A stretch of DNA of 64,000 bases, taken from a virus. The notes under the pieces are model-generated. The model had not been told where the DNA came from and searched no databases. It saw nothing but the letters and a program-made list of their open reading frames with translations. Location: the IMG/VR virus record IMGVR_UViG_3300042546_000155; one strand, given 5' to 3'. The position numbers and the translations under genes were made by a program. This document shows, piece by piece, positions 50,271 to 56,999 of the stretch (position 1 is its first letter; the number at the start of each line of letters is the position of its first letter).

Positions 50271-51221
50271 TCAGTCATCTACTAGATCACGGAACATCTT
50301 GAGGTCTTCATCTTCGTCCTCATCCGCAACTGGCGCAGGAGCCTTCTTGGCAACAGGCTTAGACTCGGTAAATGGAGTTTCTTCCACTTCCTCTTCAAAA
50401 GTATCTGCTACCTTACGACGAGCAACAGGGGCCTCACTAACACCACAAACATCATCCAGCTTACGCTTTAGTTCCTCGTAAGTCTTGAAATGCTTGCGAT
50501 CAACAATCTCCTTCAACGATGGCTCTGACTTCCAGATGTTCTCTAGCTCGGAGTCATCATCAGATAGAGGAGCAGGTGCTAGGAATACAGACTCATCATA
50601 GTTGGGGAAGCTAACATTGCGTCCACCAATATTGACATTCTGACGAGTCATCTTCAACTTGAAGTTAGCGCCATTCCAAAGATCAAATGGATTGACCTTC
50701 TGTTCGGACTCAAGATCAGGATTCATCATCTTAGTGATCTTATCAAAGATTTTCTTACCAAACTTGAAATAGAAAATCTTACCTTCTGCACCCTTGTTCT
50801 GTGGGTCATTGATAACCTGAATGACAGAAACATAATGCAGACGGCGCTTCTGATCACGAGCCTGCTTACGCTCTGGTGCATTCTCATCCTGTGTTGAGTT
50901 CCAGAGTTTTGAGTTATACTCAGAAACAGGATCCTTCTCATCAAAGGTCGTTAGTGACTTCTCAATATACCACTTACCGGTAGCCTTGTTCTGAAAGCCG
51001 TGATCCCAGTAACGAACCCAGGGAAGAGCATCGTCACCATCGACGGCAGGACCGGGAAGGAAACGAATAACAGCAAGTGCATTGCCTGACTTGTCTGGAG
51101 TTGGCTTCCAATAAAGATCGGTTGTGTCGTCTTTTTCGTATGTGGGGTTATTGAGCTTGTCCACTTCCTTGAGGAGATTGTCGAAGGACTTGGACTGTTT
51201 CTTGAGGTTTGCAAAATTCAT
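50271..51221 (-). CDS. gp32: Single-stranded DNA-binding protein
   Basis: DKSGNALAVIRFLP...HGFQ...GKWYIE.SLTT...DPVSE...FGKKIFDKI...NPFDLW.GANFKLK...NYDES; acidic tail. Confidence 0.97.
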   Translation of the reverse strand: MNFANLKKQSKSFDNLLKEVDKLNNPTYEKDDTTDLYWKPTPDKSGNALAVIRFLPGPAVDGDDALPWVRYWDHGFQNKATGKWYIEKSLTTFDEKDPVSEYNSKLWNSTQDENAPERKQARDQKRRLHYVSVIQVINDPQNKGAEGKIFYFKFGKKIFDKITKMMNPDLESEQKVNPFDLWNGANFKLKMTRQNVNIGGRNVSFPNYDESVFLAPAPLSDDDSELENIWKSEPSLKEIVDRKHFKTYEELKRKLDDVCGVSEAPVARRKVADTFEEEVEETPFTESKPVAKKAPAPVADEDEDEDLKMFRDLVDD

Positions 51222-51284
51222 TGTATGTTCCTTGTATTAGCGTTGTATAGTTTCTTATCCACATTATCATCATATAAGAAGTGT

Positions 51285-51325
51285 ATTGTAACAGAACAAT
51301 CTCGTCCTGTCAAGTGGTATTTAGT
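51285..51325 (-). promoter_or_regulatory. gp32 promoters: sigma70 TTGACA-N17-TACAAT plus upstream late-type ACTAAATA
   Basis: -35 at 51313-51308, -10 at 51290-51285 preceded by TGn; ACTAAATA at 51325-51318. Confidence 0.8.
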
Positions 51326-51636
51326 CACCACTCCATGCGAGGATCATTTAGATCCTCCCATTCCCATTTGCCGATAGAGTCTCGGTTTGTCTGCTCAACT
51401 GCGGAGCATTCAAAGCGAATCTCTTGCCATGTCTTATCTCCCCATACACGGCGAGGATTACCACACCAAATACATCCAGATACACCACAATCCATTGCAT
51501 CCATCTTATGAAAGCGATGTGGCTGAATAGTATCTCCATACTTATTGAACCAGTATGATGACTTTTTCACCTTGACTTGTCTATCGATGTGTCGCTTCTT
51601 TTGTTGAAATCTTTTCTGTCTCTTTTCTTTACTCAT
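51325..51636 (-). CDS. Basic hypothetical protein with CxxxxCxxC motif
   Basis: HRFHKMDAMDCGVSGCIWCGNPRR. Confidence 0.7.
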   Translation of the reverse strand: MSKEKRQKRFQQKKRHIDRQVKVKKSSYWFNKYGDTIQPHRFHKMDAMDCGVSGCIWCGNPRRVWGDKTWQEIRFECSAVEQTNRDSIGKWEWEDLNDPRMEW

Positions 51637-51814
51637 TCAGGATAATCTCCAAGAAGTATTCTGTTTCTTCGTTTGGCAGATAACTTAGACCATTCTCCCT
51701 TTCATATATTTCAATCTGTGAAACTCTCACACCGTCATACTTATAGAAGACTTCGTATTGTCCATCGACCCAAGCTTTTAGGATATCAGATGCGTTTCCC
51801 TCTAGTGTTTTCAT
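51629..51814 (-). CDS. Hypothetical protein (61 aa)
   Basis: Overlaps both neighbours in operon fashion; GAGG SD. Confidence 0.55.
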   Translation of the reverse strand: MKTLEGNASDILKAWVDGQYEVFYKYDGVRVSQIEIYERENGLSYLPNEETEYFLEIILNE

Positions 51815-52403
51815 CGACCTTCTCCTTCAGTATGTGTTTGAATTTCTCCTTATCATACTTTAGAAATGGTCTATACTTTTTCACCTTGAGTGAAACCTTA
51901 GGCCAAATCACATCATTGTCATAGTATTTATCAAACTTATCAGCATATCCTGTGAAGTCATTTAGAATTGTCATCGTCTCAATTGAGATTGACTTGCGTA
52001 GAAATAGAATCACAATATCTGGATATCTATCATTACTCACATTGAAGGACACTCTCGGATCATCTTCTTTGAAGACCTTTTGTATGTCATCGGCAAAGAG
52101 ATAAGACAAACTCTGTCTCCGTCTTGTATAGGCAGTATGAACATCATTTGCTTCTTCGCTTGCAAACTCTAATATGTAATGCTTGTCATCTAGAAGATTG
52201 GCAACATAGTGATCACGCAATTCTTCTGCATTGTATTCTTTGGCTAGTTTCTCATAGAACCATTTGTCATTTCGTTTTAGATATGACTCCTTGTTTGCAC
52301 GGAGTTTACCGTTCATTTGAAAGAAGTCATACTTTTGACTGGTGAAATGAGTCCTAAGTGCCAAGAATAGCAAATAGGACCCATAGCCTGTGAAATGTTT
52401 CAT
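51786..52403 (-). CDS. gp59: Helicase loader
   Basis: Y.LFLALRTHF...YDFF..NGK...YLKRND.WFYEKL...ISIET..IL...KYRPFL; synteny 33-59-32. Confidence 0.92.
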   Translation of the reverse strand: MKHFTGYGSYLLFLALRTHFTSQKYDFFQMNGKLRANKESYLKRNDKWFYEKLAKEYNAEELRDHYVANLLDDKHYILEFASEEANDVHTAYTRRRQSLSYLFADDIQKVFKEDDPRVSFNVSNDRYPDIVILFLRKSISIETMTILNDFTGYADKFDKYYDNDVIWPKVSLKVKKYRPFLKYDKEKFKHILKEKVDENTRGKRI

Positions 52404-53236
52404 CGAGTCTGTAGGTAAGGATCAATGTTCATTACTTCATCAACGGTCTGTGCTACGAAACCTTGGGACTGCTGCTGCATTGGAGGAAGACCATATGAGT
52501 CTAACATCTTGGCTGCCATTTCTTCTTTTATCTTATTATAAGAATCCTTGATCATATCAGATGTGAGACCTCTTAGATTTGAATACGGCTCATTAGGTGT
52601 TTCTAACACCCAACCTTCATTGAGGAACTTGTTCTTACGGTATATCTGATTTGGGTGTTCAAGTTGTTTATGGTTCCACTTGAGGACCTTATTCTTGATA
52701 CAGTCAAAGGTCTCACGGTTGATATAGAGTTTATCCTCTAGAGGATCATATGACACCTTGCAATGCTTATAATCAAAGTGTGCTAGTAGTTCCTCACGAG
52801 TCTGATACTTGGTGAGAATATACTGTGCCTGCGTTCTATGATTATTGATCACATCAACAATGTTTGTATTGTGCATATAAGACATCATTTCGGAACGTGA
52901 CCATTCCGTGTCTGCAAAAGGAACATCATCAAAGATTGAATTGATAGGTGTGATAGGATTGTAGGCGGCCGCCATTGCCTTTTTCGCCGCTTCTTCTCTT
53001 TCACTCTGCTTCTTGAAACCTTCTGTCAGGTGGTTATAAACACCAACATCATTATTCAATACAAAGATATCAATGTCCTTGAACTTAATATTCTTTAGGA
53101 CATTTGTAAAGAATCCACCAGCAATCACAACATTATTGCCATACAGACCCGATAAGAGATTTCGTGTTTTGATTAGAGATTTGATTGCTCTTTTGGATTC
53201 TTCAATATCATACTTTTCATTATCACTAAACATCAT
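52400..53236 (-). CDS. Nucleotidyltransferase-fold protein (Pol-beta / PolyA-pol head-like)
   Basis: VVIAGGFF...KDIDIF (hG[GS]...DxD) and later FDY..C motif. Confidence 0.7.
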   Translation of the reverse strand: MMFSDNEKYDIEESKRAIKSLIKTRNLLSGLYGNNVVIAGGFFTNVLKNIKFKDIDIFVLNNDVGVYNHLTEGFKKQSEREEAAKKAMAAAYNPITPINSIFDDVPFADTEWSRSEMMSYMHNTNIVDVINNHRTQAQYILTKYQTREELLAHFDYKHCKVSYDPLEDKLYINRETFDCIKNKVLKWNHKQLEHPNQIYRKNKFLNEGWVLETPNEPYSNLRGLTSDMIKDSYNKIKEEMAAKMLDSYGLPPMQQQSQGFVAQTVDEVMNIDPYLQTR

Positions 53237-53245
53237 GTCACCATA

Positions 53246-53470
53246 TTAAAGAGGGAGTTGGGAGGTATCCGATTTCTTGAGGAAGTGTAGATTTTCGGCT
53301 TCTAGTTTGATTTTGGATTTAAGAACACCAGAGACTAACTTAGCGGCTACTTCTACCTCAAAACCGTTTTCGTCGCAATACATACAGATTGCATCGATAT
53401 AAGGTATGTCTTTCATATAGACCATTTCTTCAATGGCCATAGAAAAGCGATTGATATCTTCGGCGTTCAT
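53246..53470 (-). CDS. gp33: Late-transcription coactivator (likely start MNAEDIN at 53470)
   Basis: FSMAIEE.V....YIDAI..YC.EN..EVE.AAKL....LKSKI..EA..L.FL; ATGA coupling with the upstream ORF. Confidence 0.9.
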   Translation of the reverse strand: MNAEDINRFSMAIEEMVYMKDIPYIDAICMYCDENGFEVEVAAKLVSGVLKSKIKLEAENLHFLKKSDTSQLPL

Positions 53471-53661
53471 ACAAACATACCAAAGATGCCAGAGAGAAGG
53501 GAGATTGTGATAGCAGAGGCGATAGTGATTTCGATTACTCCTGTTGCCCAATAACCAAGAATAGAACCTAGAAACAAACCAGCGAAGGCACAGATATAGA
53601 CATTGGTGCTTAGAGCAAAGTTAAACTCACGCATACCAGTGTATTTGTCTTTCTCACTCAT
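53467..53661 (-). CDS. Small two-TM membrane protein
   Basis: Two hydrophobic segments; AAAGGA SD; immediately downstream of the tmRNA coding piece. Confidence 0.7.
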   Translation of the reverse strand: MSEKDKYTGMREFNFALSTNVYICAFAGLFLGSILGYWATGVIEITIASAITISLLSGIFGMFV

Positions 53662-53679
53662 AATATAATCCTTTCATGA

Positions 53680-53832
53680 AAGCGGGCCCGTTCTGTTTCG
53701 AGGTGGAGCCCATACCCAAAGGATTACGCTGCTAGAGCGAAAGCCTCATATGCATTGTTGTCGTTTGCATTTACGATTTGCTTTCGATCTCCTTACGACC
53801 TTACTGAATCCTGTCGAACCTGAATCCGGCCC
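53680..53832 (-). ncRNA. ssrA: Two-piece tmRNA, coding piece (5' acceptor strand, D-loop, tag reading frame)
   Basis: Starts GGGCCGG-AUUCAGGUUCGAC at 53832. After UAAAU, resume codon GCA (53768) reads ANDNNAYEAFALAA-UAA (stop 53724-53726). 3' GGGCUC...AACAGAAC-GGGCCC element. 3' end approximate. Confidence 0.93.
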
Positions 53833-53833
53833 A

Positions 53834-54268
53834 TCATAAAGAAACATGAGGATTGGTTTTCTTCATTACAGATTTCAATCTGCCTCTCCACCATCCTACA
53901 GGATGTTCATTCAAAGAAAACTGACCTTCAGCGTAGCCATCATTGAACCAATATCTTTGAGTTCTAATCTTACGACCATCAGTTCCCGTAGGATACTTTC
54001 TCTCTTTCTTTGAATGGTTTGCCCATCTAAGAGTGTTCGTAAGTTCTGCTCCTTTTTTGGCGCCTTCATTGATTGCGATAAAAGAACATTCATCGGAAGT
54101 TAGTAATCCCAACAAACCTTTCCAAGCAATCAAATCTTGCCAGTGTCCATGTTCCTCATATAGTTTCTTATGCGCTTCGGCATGTTCCTCTATAGTGAGT
54201 TCAACGATATTTTCTGGTTCATCATTCCCACCCATATGTTTAGGAATGATATGGTGCTTATGTTTCAT
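53834..54268 (-). CDS. HNH homing endonuclease-like protein inside the tmRNA intervening segment
   Basis: HKHHIIPKHMGG.D...N.V.LT.EEH..AH (HNH); C-terminal WFNDG...GW.RGR motif of phage HEG DNA-binding modules; AGGAG SD. Confidence 0.88.
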   Translation of the reverse strand: MKHKHHIIPKHMGGNDEPENIVELTIEEHAEAHKKLYEEHGHWQDLIAWKGLLGLLTSDECSFIAINEGAKKGAELTNTLRWANHSKKERKYPTGTDGRKIRTQRYWFNDGYAEGQFSLNEHPVGWWRGRLKSVMKKTNPHVSL

Positions 54269-54274
54269 AATAAT

Positions 54275-54308
54275 CTCCTGTCGATATTACTATTTATAAA
54301 TCGACAAG
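54275..54308 (-). promoter_or_regulatory. Late promoter TATAAATA in the loop of a hairpin covering the HNH RBS
   Basis: CTTGTCGAT(54308-54300)-TTATAAATAGTAAT-ATCGACAGG(54285-54277); the 3' arm overlaps SD AGGAG (54279-54275). Confidence 0.85.
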
Positions 54309-54324
54309 TTTTCACATTTCCTTA

Positions 54325-54392
54325 TGGTGGACCGGGTGGGAACTGCCCCCACGTCCAAGAAGCCTATATTCCGTCTCTCAACGATCTAAGCA
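54325..54392 (-). ncRNA. ssrA: Two-piece tmRNA, acceptor piece (T-arm, 3' acceptor strand, CCA)
   Basis: GGAC-GUGGG-GGCAGUU-CCCAC-CCGGUCC-A-CCA ends at 54325. CCGGUCC pairs with GGGCCGG (G3-U70, discriminator A). UGCUUAGAUC pairs with GAUCGAAAGCA of the coding piece. 5' end approximate. Confidence 0.93.
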
Positions 54393-54395
54393 TAT

Positions 54396-54426
54396 TATTT
54401 ATAACATACGGTGAGTTTTTTGTCAA
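54396..54426 (-). promoter_or_regulatory. tmRNA promoter: sigma70 TTGACA-N17-TATAAA overlapping T4 late TATAAATA
   Basis: -35 at 54426-54421, 17-nt spacer, TATAAATA at 54403-54396. Confidence 0.88.
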
Positions 54427-54428
54427 GA

Positions 54429-54743
54429 CTAAAGTGGTGCAAAAGTTTTATTATGTCCGTCTATTGATAGAGTTATGGAACGGACATAGCCACACTCTTT
54501 GGTTCCAGGAATGGAGAACTCACCGCTACCATGCCTGTGAAATGAAGGAGCATTACACTCACCACCATTAATACTAGCCAACGAAACATCAATCACCTTC
54601 TTCGCTTTACAGTGGATGATATGACTATCACTAACTTTCTTTTCACATGAAACATCTTCTGACGCCAATGCTGGTGTGTTACTCAGTATCAAGAGTATTT
54701 TCAAAATCCTCAATGAGAGGGACCGGGGGTTCTTTAGTTGCAT
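54429..54743 (-). CDS. Putative exported Cys-containing protein (start uncertain)
   Basis: Hydrophobic stretch followed by ALA-S signal-like cleavage site; four Cys. Confidence 0.55.
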   Translation of the reverse strand: MQLKNPRSLSLRILKILLILSNTPALASEDVSCEKKVSDSHIIHCKAKKVIDVSLASINGGECNAPSFHRHGSGEFSIPGTKECGYVRSITLSIDGHNKTFAPL

Positions 54744-54853
54744 GGCTTACTAGTCGTGTCCCGTATAATGCACTCACCGACGGTCGCCACCAGACAACCA
54801 GACAAGCCCAAACTAAGAAACACCAATGCGATTGCTAGATATACTTTCTTCAT
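54734..54853 (-). CDS. Small lipoprotein (39 aa; not in ORF track)
   Basis: My translation: MKKVYLAIALVFLSLGLSGCLVATVGECIIRDTTSKPCN*. Lipobox LSG-C, GGAGG SD, ATGA coupling. Confidence 0.8.
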   Translation of the reverse strand: MKKVYLAIALVFLSLGLSGCLVATVGECIIRDTTSKPCN

Positions 54854-55053
54854 TTGAATACCTCCCAAAACTGGTTCATTGCCTTTTCGTAACCGGCAAT
54901 CATTTCTTTTGCTTCTTTTAATGTATCACACATCTTCAATAGTTTGACACCTTGCGGATCATTTTCCATATACGCAAATTGACCTGTATATGTCATTGCA
55001 CAGACCACCTTACGATCATCGGAATGAAAAACTGTATCGCTCAACCGTTTCAT
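54850..55053 (-). CDS. Hypothetical protein (67 aa)
   Basis: ATGA-coupled at both ends. Confidence 0.65.
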   Translation of the reverse strand: MKRLSDTVFHSDDRKVVCAMTYTGQFAYMENDPQGVKLLKMCDTLKEAKEMIAGYEKAMNQFWEVFK

Positions 55054-55178
55054 TTATACACCCTTTCTACATGTCCACATCGTTTACATCGTTTCCAATG
55101 ATCTATAGGATTGCTCTTAAGAAAAGGTTCAACCCTATAATAGTTATGACCAAAGATTTTGCAAAACCATTTTATCAT
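55050..55178 (-). CDS. Small putative Zn-binding protein (42 aa, DUF1660-like; not in track)
   Basis: My translation: MIKWFCKIFGHNYYRVEPFLKSNPIDHWKRCKRCGHVERVYK* (C-x4-H...C-x2-C). Confidence 0.65.
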   Translation of the reverse strand: MIKWFCKIFGHNYYRVEPFLKSNPIDHWKRCKRCGHVERVYK

Positions 55179-55317
55179 TCAAATCTTTCTTTGCTTCTTT
55201 TGTTCGCTCCTTATCTCTAAGGTCTCGAACGACACAACATTTACATGATAAGAGTTTATACTTTTTGCCTTTGAGGTTAGTCTGACCCGCTACGTTTCCA
55301 ATATGCAAAGATTTCAT
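55144..55317 (-). CDS. Small basic hypothetical protein (57 aa; not in track)
   Basis: MKSLHIGNVAGQTNLKGKKYKLLSCKCCVV...; ATGA-coupled to the exonuclease stop, GAGG SD. Confidence 0.55.
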   Translation of the reverse strand: MKSLHIGNVAGQTNLKGKKYKLLSCKCCVVRDLRDKERTKEAKKDLNDKMVLQNLWS

Positions 55318-55991
55318 ATTGCAGTTTCCTCTCTAAACTGTTTCACCTTTCGTGCTAACTCTGGAATATAATCCCTGCGATTGCGCACGAACACTTGAGG
55401 TGATTCGTGATCGACGGAGATTAATACCACAATTTGCTTGCACTGGATGCCTGTCATTTCTTCATACATCAAAGAGTAACAGGTACATTGTTCAAAGTAG
55501 TTTAGAATCCATTCTTCCTTCTTAGGCTTTAAAGATGTTTTAAAGTCAATAATAGAAGGGACGCCATCAAACTCGGCAATACAATCCACCTGACCAGCAA
55601 GACCAAGAATTTCACTATAAAGCATAGTTTCCAAGTAATGGACATTATCAATCCTGTCAATAGTAGGTCTGATATCCAGAAATGCATGTTGCATGTCTGG
55701 CATTACATCTTCTTCGGTGAGAAACCCTTTCTCGTTAGATATATAAGATTCCATAAGAGAATGGAATTTTGTACCTCGGCGGCTTGCTCGTGCCGAGATT
55801 TTGTTCGCTTCTTCTTCGCCGACTTTCTTTCTCCACTTTTGGATCGAGTCACCTTTGAAATGAGATAGAAAAGTAGTAACCGACGGGAGTTTAACACCAT
55901 TTGGCGAGACATAATATCGTTTTCCATTATATTCTTCTCTTTTCAGATTCACTAACACTGGGTCATTGTTTATATGTGTAAATGTTTTCAA
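55314..55991 (-). CDS. PD-(D/E)xK exonuclease
   Basis: LPSVTT.L...W..KVG.EEA......RGT.FH...AGQVDCIAE..G...IIDFKTS...YF.Q...Y. Confidence 0.88.
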   Translation of the reverse strand: MKTFTHINNDPVLVNLKREEYNGKRYYVSPNGVKLPSVTTFLSHFKGDSIQKWRKKVGEEEANKISARASRRGTKFHSLMESYISNEKGFLTEEDVMPDMQHAFLDIRPTIDRIDNVHYLETMLYSEILGLAGQVDCIAEFDGVPSIIDFKTSLKPKKEEWILNYFEQCTCYSLMYEEMTGIQCKQIVVLISVDHESPQVFVRNRRDYIPELARKVKQFREETAI

Positions 55992-56251
55992 CAGCCTACA
56001 TCTTGATCTTCTTCATGGTGCTTGGCCCAATTGCCAAAAAATCCACTTGCATATCTAAAGTCACCCGCACGTGCCTTCTTTAGATATTCATCTACAGAAA
56101 GAGCGACATATGATCTATCTGAGTTTGACACGACTTTCTTTGTCGTAGTGCGAAAGACATGACCAAGGTAATCAAGAGATTGTTCCTTGGTCAGATTTGA
56201 TTTATTTAGTTCGGCGATTAGAAGATTGATGTTATTTTCCACAGTGTTCAT
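55988..56251 (-). CDS. Hypothetical protein (87 aa)
   Basis: GAGG SD, downstream of a consensus promoter. Confidence 0.65.
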   Translation of the reverse strand: MNTVENNINLLIAELNKSNLTKEQSLDYLGHVFRTTTKKVVSNSDRSYVALSVDEYLKKARAGDFRYASGFFGNWAKHHEEDQDVGC

Positions 56252-56343
56252 AACAATACCTCACATCATTTGGTGGTGAATTTCGGCCTATTAGCGGATG
56301 GTTTCCTTGGATTAAATTCCGTTTGGAATGGAGCATCTTTTAC

Positions 56344-56372
56344 ATTATATGCGGTTTTACCAACATTGTCAA
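56344..56372 (-). promoter_or_regulatory. Perfect sigma70 consensus promoter TTGACA-N17-TATAAT
   Basis: -35 at 56372-56367, -10 at 56349-56344, intergenic. Confidence 0.88.
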
Positions 56373-56376
56373 CCTT

Positions 56377-56949
56377 TTAACTTATTGTTTGATAAGCACC
56401 GGAGAGATCAAAATGACTTGTGTTTGATGTCGCTCCAACTGGTGTGGTATTTTTCCAGGCCAAATCTGTGGTACTACCTGAATAGTAGAGTTTCATAACT
56501 GTGTTGCTTGTGTCTATATCAGTGATACCAGCAATATGATATTTGGCATCACCATTTGCTTGATGTAATGTACCGGCTCTAACCGTTATTGTTGCGACAG
56601 AAGGCGCTGGCAAAACAATCTGATACTGCCCACCAACATTGAAAGATGCGGCATTACAATTAGCAAAATCTACATTAATTCTAAAGTGTGTAATAAGACC
56701 TTGCTTTACATAAGACCCTGTAGTAACTACACCAGGAACGTTGGCACCATTTGCTGTAAATTGAGGATCAAAAGTTTGATTGATAGAAAGTATACTAAAA
56801 GGAATACCACCAGGAGTCTCTCCATCCGAAAGTCGGAGAGGTGTCTGACCATCTGTATCATAGAATATTTCACCGGGTCTTCCGATGTATTCGGTGGCCT
56901 GGGTTCCGCCCATATGGGCAGCGAACATTTTGAAGGTAACATTTGACAT
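56377..56949 (-). CDS. Orphan fibre-like late protein (Mtd-N-like start, knob-like C-terminus)
   Basis: GRPGEIFYDTD...LRLSDG.TPGG; TGSYVKQG...RINV...YQIVLP; own TATAAATA (56985-56978) and AGGAG SD. Confidence 0.65.
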   Translation of the reverse strand: MSNVTFKMFAAHMGGTQATEYIGRPGEIFYDTDGQTPLRLSDGETPGGIPFSILSINQTFDPQFTANGANVPGVVTTGSYVKQGLITHFRINVDFANCNAASFNVGGQYQIVLPAPSVATITVRAGTLHQANGDAKYHIAGITDIDTSNTVMKLYYSGSTTDLAWKNTTPVGATSNTSHFDLSGAYQTIS

Positions 56950-56999
56950 TGTAGAAACTCCTGGTGTAATTTACTTCTATTTATATAACATGTAAACTA

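Noticed and set aside
53471-53551. N-terminal extension of gp33
   Set aside because: It overlaps the membrane-protein ORF; ATGA coupling supports the 53470 start.
53833-54324. Group I intron carrying the HNH gene
   Set aside because: The ORF plus its promoter hairpin fill almost the whole segment, leaving no room for a ribozyme core. The boundaries coincide with CCA and G1, not splice sites.
54325-54360. Stand-alone tRNA-Ala or tRNA fragment / att site
   Set aside because: There is no anticodon or D arm upstream. Its acceptor strand pairs with GGGCCGG 492 nt downstream, which leads into a tag frame, so it is the tmRNA acceptor piece.
55314-55991. Cas4 indicating a CRISPR-related system
   Set aside because: No Fe-S cysteine cluster, array or cas1/cas2; it matches the exonuclease usually found near phoH and gp33 in T4-like phages.
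56252-56340. tRNA-like RNA (ends ACCACCA) or 34-aa leaderless ORF after the consensus promoter
   Set aside because: I could not build a cloverleaf and the peptide has no recognisable features; treated as a 5' leader.
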